From: the human T2T-CHM13v2.0 reference genome, Homo sapiens | DNA length: 64,000 nucleotides | NCBI RefSeq assembly: GCF_009914755.1 | Contig: NC_060931.1 | Direction: 5' to 3' (one strand) | Part shown: positions 1 to 14,405 of the stretch, piece by piece | Layout: each line of letters begins with the position of its first letter | How positions within the stretch are numbered: position 1 is the first letter of the stretch | Program-made: the position numbers and the translations under genes | The notes under the pieces: model-generated | The model's input: the letters and a program-made list of their open reading frames with translations, nothing else | The model's database searches: none | What the model was told of the DNA's origin: nothing

Positions 1-1699
1 TGTGAATAAATCTTGTTGCAAAAGAAAAGGTCATTATTAATAGCATCAGTCATGGATGAAAACAAATTAGAAAACTTGTTTGTTTTATTGAACATGATTC
101 AGCAGCAGAGGTGATTTGAAATATCCTATAGGGAAGGAATTCATGCATGCATAAAGTGTGTTGGGGCAAACCCTACTGGAAGCTTCTTTGGGTCATAGGT
201 CTTCCTGGCCTTTTCATTTGTGCAGCCTCTTGGCAGGTCATCACTACTTTCTAATTCTAAGTCCTGAAAATTGCCTATGAGGTAAGTTTCTATTTCATTA
301 AATGTTCTATTAAGACAAGTTTTCTATTGTCAGTTTTGTTATGACCAAATTCATAAATGGAACATATAATAAAATGTTAGGAAATTTGGACATTTTATTT
401 CATGATTATTGATTTCTAAATTTATGTAAGGTCCATTCTGTGAAATTCCTAGAGAAATTTAAAGAGTTTTCTTTAGAATATTTTATTTGCAGTTATTGAT
501 ACATGTAACAAAAATATGGGTAGTATTTTTGCTTTCTATGACAAAATATTTATAGTTAAGATATTAAAAATATAACGAATATTAATTATACAAAAATAAT
601 ACATTTTAGAATGATAATTCAAATACAGAACCCATCAAAATCAATAACTATATGTTAGTATCAATAAAATGCCAATTAAAAATATAAGAAAATATGAGAA
701 AATACTAAGAAAATATAAGAAAATAATTTAAGAAAACCTCTTAAGAGATAGCTTAAGAAACTTTCTTTTACCCATAAAATCCCATGCCTTACCACAACAC
801 GGCAATGCAGATATTTCCTTCAATTACTGGTGGGAAAAAAAAACATGAGATTTGAAATATCAAATAAAATGTGTAAAATCAAAAAAATAAACAGTAAGCT
901 AAAACTTGGAGGTTTTTATTTTTTCCCTACTACATCTCTAAGGCGTTGTGAGATTCATTTAAGCTAGAACAAGTAGAATGTGTTCTAGAAATGGCATCCA
1001 TAGGATAGTTTAATAACCGGAAAACAATTATCCACAATGTTTCAAAGCATACATTTGGTTTGTTTGTTTTTAGCATTTTAATTTGTAGGTTCATTCAAGT
1101 TACCACATCCACCAATTAATTGCAAAAGACCTAGCCACAGGCAATAGTTGACTACTTTTGCTTTCCTTTATTTGAACAACTGTTATTATGCAGATTTCTT
1201 GTTAGAATTATTCTGCTGTAAGAGAGTGAAGTCTACCTAATTTCATGAATATAAAGGGGGAGATGAATTATGAGAAATATACAGGAGTACTCCATGAAAC
1301 CCAGCAACAAAAAGTACAACTGGAAATTACAACCAGAGCCAGAAGCAAGAGTGGTATAGGAAGAAAGATGGCTACTTCTTACATCTCTGCCTCTTTTTCT
1401 TATCTTTCTATATATCTGCTCTGTTTCCCTTTCTGTGTCAGTAAGGCAATACCTTCTGCTGTTTACAAGGCCCCAAAATGACTGTTTTACTTATACCTAG
1501 GTGTACTTGACTTTCCATTTTCAAAAACTATCACGTACTTCCAGATGTAAAAGGATTATGTCTCTTGGATTAAATTCTAGAGGAATAAAATGGGATTGGC
1601 CCAGGTGTTCTAATGGACAGTATTTCTTTCTGTGAGAATGAAGGGAAGAGACAGCAGAATATGAACATGGAAGCCCTGGCCCAATACTTTAGCCTAAGC

Positions 1700-1824
1700 C
1701 AGTGGTTTTCAAACTTGAGTCCCCATCAGAATCACTGGGAGGCTGTGTTAAGACACAGATTGCCAGCAAGTTTTCAGGTGATAATAAGGTCACTGGACCA
1801 GAGAACATACTTTGAAAATCACTA
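1700..1824. mobile_element. MER5A (hAT-Charlie MITE) with internal deletion
   Basis: TIR-like ends CAGTGGTTTTCAAA...TTTGAAAATCACTA. Internal CATCAGAATCAC and ACACAGATTGC match the MER5A consensus; about 60 bp of the middle is missing. Confidence 0.75.
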
Positions 1825-1825
1825 G

Positions 1826-2237
<412 letters not shown>

Positions 2238-2951
2238 TATCCAGCTATTTGTCTTCATTCATTTATTAAAGAATTATTGAGAAGTTACTATATAAGAAAA
2301 TAGACATTTATATTCCTATATATACAAAAATTAATTCCTTAATAAATATAGTTCATGTATGTGCCTGGATACTAAGCCTCACAGCACATATTATTATACA
2401 TTTTTTAATATGTAATACCATTTTACTATTTTATTATCTAAGTACAGAACAATCAAATTTTCAGAAAATGCAATCATTTATATTTTATGCTTTATTTATT
2501 TTCCCAAATATTTATGCATACCATATGTGTTATATTGTAAATAAAAACAAAACAAGTGAAATAGCTTGTTGATGTTGGAGGTTCTCTTATTTACAATAAT
2601 TTTTCTTCATGAAGAAAGATGTGTACCCATATAGTGATGGATCAAATATAAAGTTTACTTGTTACCATATATTAAGGGTCAAAATATCCTGAGAGGAATA
2701 AACTCTCTAAACTGTTTCTTCTGAAACCTGGTTCCACAGTAACATAGTCTCCTGATTTACGAATATAAAGCCAATCAATCCTCAGAGATGAGCCATTCTT
2801 TTCGTCACTGCTACTCTCTTTTGAAGTGACATTTTCCTAGCTGCATAATCTGAGATAATGTTTGGTTGTATAAAATATGCTACTATTATCACATGTATGT
2901 GCTGAAAAATTACAAATAAGCCATGTTTCTTAATTATGTTATCATACTGAG

Positions 2952-5307
2952 TGATATGGTTTGGCTCTGTGTCCCTACCCAAGTCTCATGTCAAGTTGTA
3001 ATCGCGAAGTGTTGAGGGAGAGACCTGGTGGGAGGTTATTGGATCTTGGAGGTGGTTTCCCCCATGCTGCTCTCATGATAGTGAGGGAGTTCTCATGAAA
3101 TCTGATGGTTTAAAAGTGGAAGTTTCCCCTGCACGCTGTCTCTCTCCTGCCACCTTGTAAGAATGTGCTTGCTTATCCTTCACCTTTTACTGTGATTGTA
3201 AGTTTCCTGAGGCCTCCCCAATCATGCATAACTGTGAGTCAATTAGACCTCTTTCCTTTATAAATTTACCACTCTCAGGTAGTATCTTTATAGCAGTGTG
3301 AGAATTGATTAATACAGAGAATTGGTACCGAGAGTGGGGTACTGCTTTAAAGATAACCTGAAAATGTGGAAGTAACTTTGGAACTGGGTAACAGGCAGAG
3401 ATTGGAACAGTTTGGAGGGCTCTGAAGAAGGCAGGAAGATGTGGGGAAGGTCAGAATTTCCTAGAGGTATGTTGAATGGTGTTGACCAAAATGCTATAGT
3501 GATATGGACAATTAAGTCCAGGCCTTGGTAGTCACAGATGCAGATGAGGAACTTCGTGAGAACTGGAGTAAAGGTCACTTATGCTGTGCTTTAGCAAAAA
3601 GCCTGGCAGCATTTTGCCCCTGCCCTAGAGCTCTGTGGAACTTCAAACTTAGGAGAGATGATTTAGGGTATCTGGTGGAAGAAATTTCTAAGCAACAAAG
3701 CATTGAAGACGTGACCTGGCTGAGTCTGAAAGCATTCAGTCATATGCATTCACAAAGAGATTACCTAAAACTGATACTTATATTTTAAAGGAAAGCAGAG
3801 CATAAAAGTTTGGAAAATTTGCAGCGTGACCATGTAGAAAAGAAAAACCTATTTTCTTGGGAGAAATTCAAGCCAGCTGCTGAAATTTATGTTAAGTAAT
3901 GAGGAGCTGAATGTTAATAGCCAAGAGAATGAGGAAAATGTCTCCAGGCCACATCAGAGATCTTGACAGCAGCCCCTCCCATCACAGACCTGTAGTCCTA
4001 GGAGGGAAAAATAGTTTCCTGGGCCAAGCCCAGGGCGATGCTGTTCTGTGTAACCTCGGGACTTGGTGCCCTGTGTCCCAGCCACTCTAGCTTTTGCTGT
4101 GGCTAAAAGGAGGCCAAGGAGCAGCTTGAGCCATTGCTTCAGAGGGTGCAAGCCCCAAGCCTTGGCAGCTTCCACATGTGTTGGGCCTGAGGGTGCATAG
4201 AAGACAAGAGTTGAGTTTTAGGAGCCTCCACCTAGATTTCAGAGGACATAAGGAAACATCTGGATGTCCAGGCAGAAATTTACTTCATGGGCAGAGCCCT
4301 CATGGAGAACCTCAATTAGGGCAATGCAGAGGGGAAATGTGGGGTTGGAGCCTGAACACAGAGTCCCCACCTGGGGCACTGCCTAGTGGAGCTGTGAGAA
4401 AAAGGCCACTGTCCTCCAGACCCTGAAACAGTAGATCCACAGACAGCTTGGATTTTGTGCTTGGAAAAGTTGCAGGCACTCAATGCCAGCCCATGAAAGT
4501 AGCCATGGGGGCTGTATCCTGCAGAGCCACAGAGGTAGAGCTGTTCAAGGCCTTGGGAGCCTCCCCTCCTTGCATCAGCATGCTCTGGATGTGAGACATG
4601 GAGTCAAAAGAGATTATTTTGAAGCTATAAGATTTAATGGCCAGCCTGCTGGAATTGGACTTGAATGGGGCCTGTAGCCCCTTTGTTTTCATCTATTTCT
4701 CCGTTTTGGAATGAGAGCATTTGTCCCGTGCCTGCACCCCCACTCTATCTTGGAATTAGCTAACTTGTTTTTTATTTTAAAGGCTTATAGAAGGAAGGGA
4801 CTTACCTTGTCTAAGATGAGACTTTGGACTTTAACTTTTGGGTTAATCCTGGAATTAGTTAATACTTTAGGGGACTGTTGAGAAGGCATGACTGGTTTCG
4901 AAGTGTGAAAAGGACATGACATTTGGAAGGTGGCAGAGGTGGAATAATATGGTTGGGCTCTGTGTTCCCACCCAAATCTCATCTCAAATTGTAATCCCCA
5001 CGTTTTGAGGGAGAGACTTGGTGAGAGGTGATTGGTTCATGGCAGTGGTTTCTCCCAGGCTGTTCTTGAGATAGTGAAGGAGTTCTCACAGGATATAATT
5101 GTTTAAAAGGGCTAGTTTCCTCTGCACACTCTTTCTCCTGCCACCATGTCAGACGTGCCTTGCTTCCCCTTTGCCTTCTGCCATGATTGTAAGTTTCCTG
5201 AGGCCTCCCCAGCCACATGGAACTGTGAGTCAATTAAACCTCTTTTGTTTGTAAATTACCCAGTGTCAGGTAGTATCTTTATAGCAGTGTGAGAATGGAA
5301 TAATACA
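2952..5307 (+). mobile_element. Full-length THE1 (THE1C/D-like) MaLR LTR retrotransposon: LTR 2952-3316, internal 3317-4944, LTR 4945-5307
   Basis: Two ~365-bp direct LTRs T(G/A)ATATGGTT...TAATACA. The 1.6-kb THE1-int begins GAGAATTGGTACC. 5-bp TSD CTGAG/CTTAG. Confidence 0.93.
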
Positions 5308-6971
5308 CTTAGTTACTGAGATTAATATTCAAAAAATTAATAACATTTTATTGATAAGAATCACAATGTTATGTGAAAAGTTCCCACAATTTTTCTATGT
5401 GTAACTCAATTAGAACTAGCCCCTTCTGCTTGCCTGCTCTCATTTAAGTCATCTCTCAACTCCCAACTATATCCCAAATACACATGCAATTATAATAAAT
5501 AATATAGAATTTATAGTTTTATGAAGAGATAAAAATGAGAGGGAGGGCACACCAAAAAATCACACAATTATGCTTCTTAAATTTCCCTATTACCTATATG
5601 CAGTAATTATTAAAATTTCCTTTCCCAAACTAGCTACTACATCACTCTACTCAAATCTTCTAAAAATTTCTAGGGTATCGGTTTCTTTTTCTCCTCAACA
5701 GAAAGTCTCAAAATTCTGATAACTCATATATTGTAGTCTGCAAAGGTTGTAGCTGAACAGTTTTAGAAATTCAGTCTTTAGCTCAGAACTATTCTGCTGA
5801 GGGAGACTAAATTTATTTTCTTCCAAATAAAATAAATATTATGTCTCTATTTGAAAATGTATCCTGTAATACCTAGACATGTTTTTTCATAGAAGGTTTT
5901 GAATATTTTATGTTTGAAAGGCATTGAAACCAATGATTCTATGGATAGGAAGAAATGAAATTAAACTGACTAATGAACAAGCACCTCTGAAAAATTTCAA
6001 GAATAATTTTTAAATATTCGACTGCATTGATTGTTAGAAACATGCTCAGTGTGTGTGTTGCTGTTTCTTTTATTGTTCTGCTTGGAAAGCGTGAAGGACC
6101 CAGAAGGGTGATAATTTTCCACACTGGTCCTCTCCTGTCCCTGCCACTCAGCCATTTCATTTCAACCCCTTTAGCACATGACCTTAGCCACTAACTTCTT
6201 TTTCACCAGTCATGATAAACTCAAACTAGTGGATCTAATTAGCTATTAGCACAGCTAATAATCGTGAGAACAAACTTTGTCTCTTCCATGCATTTTAAAC
6301 CATAATTCCTAAAATGATCAGAACTTCAGCTGACCCCCTTGGTAACCATCACTAAAATCCTTGCCCCCCTCAATTGCACGTTAGACAACTCCTTTGGTCT
6401 TTACTTATCTGACATTTTTTCAAAATGGCCTATAGTATCAGTGCTCTGGATAATTTCCTTCCCCTAGATGGTTCCAGGAAATCCAGTTGAGCAAAGTCAT
6501 ACTTTTGTATGCCTTTTAAGATACAGAAAGAAATATTTCTTCTCTTCCAATGCATATAACATTTTTCCAATATGTACAAATCAAAATTTCTATTGGTAAT
6601 AAAAAACAAGCAACCAACTACCAAGCAAGAAAATATTACATCAGCAATTGTTTTTATGATAAATTTTGCCAAATAACAAATAGATTTCTTGATGGCAGCT
6701 ACTACTGAAAAAGCTTCATATTTAATCAAAGTTTAGTAACAGTGTGAAAATGAGGGGAAGTTGGGGTTAAGGATGATGTCATTGTTTTAGTCGCTGTGAT
6801 AAAAAATAATAGACATCTAATTTTGGCATTGTTTAAAAAATATGATTTTACATTTAGAAATACTTAGTTTTAGGTAGGAACAAGGCATGTGCTTACAAAT
6901 ATGCAGAAAGTAATTGGGAATATATATAAGAATCACCTTAACTATCTGATCCTTAAAACCTTAATAACAAT

Positions 6972-7082
6972 TGTGCCAGGCAAGGTGTGAGAGCCCTGGC
7001 ATCACAAAGTGGTGGGCTTGTGGGTAGTGGGGTAGTAAGAAGAACTTACCAACAACATTATAGTTTTGAAAGGGAAAGTTTT
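6972..7082 (-). mobile_element. Probable ERV1-class LTR end fragment
   Basis: Starts with TG. GTAAGAAGAACTTACCAACAACA...GAAAGGGAAAGTTT resembles the antisense U5/R of MER4-group LTRs; cut off by the adjacent Alu. Confidence 0.4.
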
Positions 7083-7286
7083 GGCCAGGCGTGGTGGCTC
7101 ATGCATGTAATCCCAGCACTTTGGGAGGATGAGGCGGACAAATCATGAGGTCAGGAGTTCAAGGCCAGCCTGGCCAATATGGTGAAACCCTGTCTCTACC
7201 AAAGATACAAAAAAATTAGCCGGGCTTGGTGACGTGCGCCTGTGATCCCAGCTAATTGAGAGGCTGAGGCAAGAGAATCCCTTGAA
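7083..7286 (+). mobile_element. AluS (Sg-like), 3'-truncated
   Basis: Complete left arm and linker; right arm stops at GAGAATCCCTTGAA; no poly-A, no right TSD. Confidence 0.93.
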
Positions 7287-7359
7287 GGAAAGGAGGGAGG
7301 GAGTGAGCGAGGGAGGGAGGGAGGAAGGAAGGAAGGAAGGAAGGACGGAAGGAAGGAAA
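7287..7359 (+). repeat. (GGAG)n/(GGAA)n purine microsatellite
   Basis: Direct reading; 5 consecutive GGAA at 7323-7342. Confidence 0.9.
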
Positions 7360-8207
7360 TAAAAAGCCTCATGTTTAAAATGATTCTTCGCTCTCTTCTG
7401 ACTTGTAAATCTCCCTTTCTCCCTTACTCTTAAGCGTAGTTCCATTTCATTGTCTTCTCTTCTTCAATTCTAACCTCTCTGGAGAAATATGAAAGAAAAT
7501 CGTAGAAAAATATAATCTTGGGTTTTTTTATCAGAGTAATTCAGCTTTTTCTAACCTCATGGGCAGATTAGGCCTTACATTTTCAAGTAAAACTTTGAAA
7601 TGATAATTTGTAAAGGCCTGTCCGATTAACTATTTAGATAAAAATTTACCTCTTGTAGCTTCCTAGAGGTTGTAGACAGAGCAGGGTATGGTTGGCTTCA
7701 TTTTTCTCACTTACAAGTAGAGAACGGAAAATCTGGAATGAGATCAGGGATACCATATGGGATTGGAAATCACCTGTGAAATAATATTTGTAAAGCCAAT
7801 TAAAGAGAGTCAAAGACAGACCTCTAAGTGCAAGTATAAAGGGAAAATAGAAACATCTCAATGTTCACCCATTTAAGGGACAGGGAAATACATTAAATCC
7901 AGATAAATTACCTGAGAGGTAATCATAATAGTTGTGTGAGTTAGTGCAATTATCTTAATTTACTTATAGAGAAAGTGAGATACAGAAATGAACGGAGCTA
8001 AATGAAGAAGTCATTATCAAATGTCTTTGACTTAAAGACTGTGTCCTTTTTAGGACAGTAGGACCTCCCTAATGAATTTATTCTCCTTCGCAGGGTCAGA
8101 ATTGAGAATAAGTAAGTTAGAAAGTGATTTCACTTTGGTAGATTCCAATGCTGTCAGTCAACAAGAGAAGAATAAAAACATTGCCCTGTAGAAAAGCAAT
8201 CTATCCA

Positions 8208-8543
<336 letters not shown>

Positions 8544-9485
8544 CTATCCAGTAAATTGAGTAACTTAATATGTTTTTATTATTCTTTCCATTAGTCTAAT
8601 AAATAGTTGGCAAGAATGATGGTGGGAGCAATCCAAACGTTGACAATGAAAACAGAGACATGAGGAAACAGAAATAGCACGTGGGGTTATCTGATGGTAG
8701 GGAAGAAAGCCTGAAATAATAGGGTAAAGTGCAAGTGAAGCGAGGAAGCGAGAAAAAACGAAGCAGAAGGAGTTGAAATGCCAGAGGTGTCAGTTACTAA
8801 CAACACATTTAATGTGAGAGAGGCAGATCGTTGTGGAAGCTAGAGGTGATAGCCATTCAAAGCAGATAGGGGGATCGCAGCCTATGATGCTCCAAATGCT
8901 ACTGCCAAATGACAGCCACTGGAAATGCCACTCTGGTCATTGTATCATAAGATGTTAAAGGTTTGCCATTCATTAGTTTCAAAGGAATCTGAATGAGTAA
9001 CCACATTCATTATAGAGACAAACAACAGATTATGAATGTGTACTTTAATACTTTAGGGGCTGAAAGGAGAAAAAAACAAAGACAATAAAATTCTAATGGC
9101 TGTATTTAAAAGTGAACATTGTGTGAGTCTAAGAAAGCTAACAGTTCACAGTTCAGTTTGTCTTAAAAAATATGTGTGTCTGTGTATAACGCTCGTATTA
9201 CATATATCTCATATTACCATGTTATATAACTATCATACATAATACCATTATGACATAATACCATTATGTATGTATGTACTATAGATTATTACCATTATGT
9301 ATGGTTATTTACATTATACATTATATGCCATTTAATAACATTTAAAGTGTTATAAAGATGCAATTTTAAATTACAAGTGGATTTGTGACAAGATAATTGA
9401 ATCCACAATTTATGTCAACAGAGTTGGAAATTGTTGAGGCATGTTTCTAAACTTTTAAAATAGGTCTTCATTTGAGTAGATTTTC

Positions 9486-9805
9486 TTTTTTTTTCTTTCT
9501 TTCTTTTTTTTTTTTTTCCTTGAGACAGGGTTTCACTCCCGTCATCCAGACTGGAGTGCAGTGGTGTGATCTCAGCTCGCTACAACTTCTGCCTCCTGGG
9601 CTCAAGTGATTCTCATGCCTCAGCCTCCTGAGTAGCTGGGATTACAGGCATGCACCACAGTGCCCAGCTAATTTTTGTATTTTTTTATAGAGATGGGGTT
9701 TTGCCATGTTGGCCAGGCTGATCTCAAACTCTTGAGCTTAAGTGATTCACCTACCTTGGCCTCCCAAAATGCTATGATTATAGGCATGAGCCACTGCGCC
9801 TGTGC
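9486..9805 (-). mobile_element. Alu (older S/J-like)
   Basis: Antisense dimer; TSD TGAGTAGATTTTC (9473-9485) / TGAGTATATTTTC (9806-9818). Confidence 0.96.
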
Positions 9806-9884
9806 TGAGTATATTTTCAAATGTAGAATACTGAATTCAGTGCAATTTGATCATATTTTGAAAATTTCTGCATTATTATGTTGT

Positions 9885-10504
9885 TGTATTGGAACATTTG
9901 GGTTTTCGTAGTTGTTTTGTTTTGTGTCCCTAAGGGGAGATGAACCTTCTTTGTTTGCTTGAAGAATACATAACATATGGGTCTTGGTGGTTGAGAAGAC
10001 CATGGAAGCCTAAAAGAACAAATTTGCCCTCTCCCAGCCTCGCTTGCAATTAGCTATTAAAGTTCTATGGGTGATACACATATTATCAAAGTTTACTGTT
10101 AGGGAAAGCCAGAGCATAAGCCATAATCACATGACTTCAGCTGAGCCAATTGTAAGCACCAGACTGAGAACAAATAATGCAAGGAGAGAAGATTAGCAAA
10201 GGCTCCCTTTGGGACCTGGCAGTTCACAGTGATACTTAGAGACAAAGGCAATGTAAGCTGAAGCAGCTAGTACTGAGAAAAAGTAGCATTATTGTCTTCA
10301 CTAGACAGTGAAGTGTGGAGTGGTTTTTGACTTTGATCCTGAGTGTCTAGCCTTCCATTGTTGCTTCTGGTTTTCTGAGCCAGTGTTTGAAAGCATCCCA
10401 CAGTTCTATATGCTAACACAATTAACTCTTAAAAAATTCTGTTTTTCTTTAAATCCCCCAGAGTTAGCTTCTGTTGCCTTCAACTAAAAACCTTGACAAG
10501 TACA
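9885..10504 (+). mobile_element. Ancient ERVL LTR (LTR33-like) solo LTR
   Basis: TG...CA termini. 3' end CAGAGTTAGCTTCTGTTGCCTTCAACTAAAAACCTTGACAAGTACA and internal CCCAGCCTCGCTTGCAATTAG / CACATGACT are typical of the LTR33/LTR16 group. Confidence 0.6.
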
Positions 10505-11508
10505 GTAGATAAGGCATGGTTTGGGATCACAACTTGATTTTTTTTATTTTGGGAATACAAATTTAACTTGTGGAGAGACTGATGTTCTCTATCTCACCAA
10601 AAATTGTTTTTGTTATAAGCTGTATTCATAAGTGAGCTGTAATGTTAAAGAGAAAAAAGAAAAGGATTTTAAATTGCTTTCTGCAGCAGAATGGGAGGCA
10701 GTAAAAAGGACAAACTGCTAAACAGAGAAAACAAGACAATAGAAAGGAAAGACTGTTCTAAGGAGGAGCTGACAGGGCTGCTATGAAAGAAATGTAGAGT
10801 CTGGCTTTAAATTGCACATGTGACAAGAAAGATGTGATGGAAAAAAAAATGTTTGTTTACTCACACTCCGTCCACATCCTCACTGCAACACACCCACAGC
10901 ACACTCTTCTAAGGAAGGTTCACATTGCTGAATTTTTTTTTTTTTTTTTTTTAGTTGGGTGTATAGCTGCCTTCAATAAAATATTTAGTCACATACTTGA
11001 ACACAGTGTGAAGTCATAGGTATTTGTGTATCACGACAACAGCAGATAGGTATTTCAATATCAAAACAAAATTGGAGAAACCTGTGTAGTTGTAAAAAAC
11101 ACTGCATAAAATAAAGGGAGATTGAGGATGGGTGGTAGAGAGGAGGCAAATATCAGGAAAGAAGGGAAGATGTCCATGTCTGATACGGATTTTCTCAGCT
11201 GTAAATGCTGAGGACTGTTTAGTAACCCTCTTTTTATGTGCTCATCAAATGGACATTAAAATATCTATTTGTCATAGTGGTTTGTGAGATATATTCATAT
11301 AGCAATTAATACTGTGAAGCGCTGAAACTTGCTCTAAGTTATACAAAGAGTGGAGACAGAGATAGCCAATTGGAAGCCGGTTACATCTAGGCCATGTGTT
11401 ATTTCTGTATTTACGTAGTCTTCTCTGTGTAATTAGAACTGCTATAGGTGCTAATTGAAGGAGAACTTTAGATCCTAGATATTATAAAAAATAAATAGAA
11501 AATACCAT

Positions 11509-11850
11509 TGCTATGGACTGAATGTTTGTGTCCCCAACATTTATATCTTGAAATTTAAACCCCAAGGTGATGATAATAGGAGGTGGAGCTATTGGGAGGT
11601 GATTAGTTCATGGAGTTAGTGCCCTTGTTAAAGAAGCCCCAGGGAACTGCGTTGGCCTTTTCACCACGTGAGGACACAGGGTGAAAGCGCCAGCTAATGA
11701 TGAATCAGAAAGACTTCATCAGACACTGAATCTGTGGATGCCTTGAACTTGGACTTTCCAGTCTCCAGAACTGTGAGATGCACATTCCCGTGGTTTGCAA
11801 GGCACTGAGTCTACAGTATTTTGTTATAGTAGCACTAATGGACTAAGATT
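11509..11850 (+). mobile_element. MLT1A/MLT1A0 solo LTR (MaLR)
   Basis: TGCTATGGACTGAATGTTTGTGTCCCC...TTGTTATAGTAGCACTAATGGACTAAGA; 5-bp TSD ACCAT/ACTAT. Confidence 0.88.
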
Positions 11851-13105
11851 ACTATGGGGGCATAAATCCTCTAAACCAGATTTTCTATAGATATAAAAAT
11901 TAAAAAGAGCTATGATACAAAGAGTCCCCATTTGCTCTATATCCCATGATTTATTCATTTGATCAATAAACATATGTGCAGGGATCTAGGTATAACAACA
12001 TGAGAAAGCAACAATCCTCGTGGAAATGGTGGAAGCAAGAGAAATTAGAATTTATAAATGTGTAGTGGTCATACATGGACTTCATAATAATCTAGTGAAA
12101 AACACCACATGATTTGTTCTTAATCATGTTAATATTATAACTTCTTCAGAGCTCTCGCTAAACACAGCAGCAAGAAAATCAGCCTCAATCAACTTTGGGA
12201 GAACTTTTAACTTTGCCTAGTGTCAGTCGAATGAATATCCAGGAAGCTCATGTTATACTCAGAAAACAGGAAAGCTCTGACCATTAGTCTGTGGTGTTTA
12301 TCGTAGTTACCTTTGCTCTTTCTACTATAAGGTGGTGCTGAATCTTGTCCTCTGCCCTCTATTGAAACCCTGACCCTCCACGCAGAAATCTTTAGAACCA
12401 CAGTTTAATGGCTATCTTTTATGGTCATCCTATAGTCAGTTAACTAACCAATTGGAGGTGCCACAAGTGGACCAAATAAATCTTCATGTTGCAAAGGAAT
12501 TAAAAAACAAAACAGTACCTGGACCCAGCCCTAAGTAGGAGAGGCATGACTCCATCTCCCCTCTGGCTGAATAACCATCCATCTTATAACTCCCTGCCTT
12601 TCAGAGTTCTTTTGTTTACTTCTATCTGGATCTGCTTTTCCATCTCCACCACCAAAACAGCTCCTGAGTAGAGTGGTCTGTTTTTCAAACTTGCAACCTA
12701 AAGACACCCAAATGAAAAGAGGAAAATGAAAGAATAATTCATTTAGTTTTTTCTTGGAATAGAATTAAGGGAAAAATAGCTCACATTCTTTCAAGAGGGA
12801 ACAAAAGGTAAATTAATATTTTACCATGTTATCCAGTAGCATATCCATTATTTACGTGGTCTTATTTTATTGATTGGTCAAAAGATTCACAAGAAGAAGA
12901 TAGTTCAACATACACCTGTGTTTTGAGGGTGAAACTCAGCTGAAATACACTGGAAACAATAGCTGTGAAAGTCTACAAGGCAATGGGAGTGAAAAGCATA
13001 ATTTAAAACCATCATCTTTACCTAATGATCAAAGCCTTTGGCCTCTAACAGAGATTCTTCATAGCAGTTCACAAAAGAGTGCCATACTGGGGACATAAGA
13101 GGGTG

Positions 13106-13416
<311 letters not shown>

Positions 13417-14059
13417 TAGGGTGTAATGGGAGAGTTAGGAAGGGATCCTATCCTACAGATGGGGTAAAGGAAATGTTATGTAAGGTGGCATTGGTACCAC
13501 CTATTGATTATGCTAACTGATGCATTCCAAGTTACCAAATTAGATCTCTTATAAACTTGAAATTTTATGATTAAGTATTGCTAGTTTTGGTTTGGAAAAA
13601 TGATCCAAAATTTATGTTGCATAACTTATAGTTAAAGGAAAATGTAGTACAATGATACTGTATTTTACTGTTGAAGTCTTTGTGTTGGGATTAAGTATTA
13701 AGAAGAAAATTACTGTTCAACATAACAACCGAAAGGGTAAACATATTTAAATAATTACTTAAACAAATGTAAACATTATTAATTCCAACTAACTCTGTAT
13801 ACACTTTCCAGCGGTTGCACTGCCTTGTTCAGATAGCTGTTGCTTCATGTGTGGCATGGCCAATTGGCTTCATATTATGAAGGATGAGAGGCAACCTGAA
13901 CTGGCCAACCATGACAGCAGACCTTTCTTAGGGAAGTCAAGTCCATCATTGCCTTTTTCACTCTTCAGTTTCAAATATTGTAAGATCTTTTATATGCTGC
14001 TGTCTTTGTTAAACATGGGAGGCTCAAACATGTCATCACTCAGGACTTCATACCTGATT

Positions 14060-14405
14060 CCTCTTTCAGTGTTTATGGCTACTGTCTTACCCCAGGCTTT
14101 CATTTTACTCTTATTGGGACCATTTCAAGGGTCTTCTAACTGGACTTTCTCCCATTACTCACTCCATCCTCCACATTTTCACGATGGTTATTTTTAAATT
14201 AGGAGTCTAATCATGTTGTTCGTCTGCCCCACTGCCTACAGCGTAAACTATAGTTTATGTATAGAATTTTGTATAGAATTCTTTTGTATAGAATTCAAGA
14301 CCCTCCATATTCAACCATTAATGATTCTTGTCCGTAAGCACTTAGCACAGTGCTCAACGTATGGCAGACACTGAGTAGATAAATGTGTGCTAGGTAAAAT
14401 GAATT
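14060..14405 (+). mobile_element. L2 3' fragments
   Basis: CTTCTAACTGGACT, TCTAATCATGT, CTTAGCACAGTGCT...ATAAATG...AATGAAT motifs. Confidence 0.6.

Noticed and set aside
3309-5233. ORF cluster in 3.3-5.2 kb
   Set aside because: Fragments of the decayed THE1 internal region and LTRs; no intact frame.
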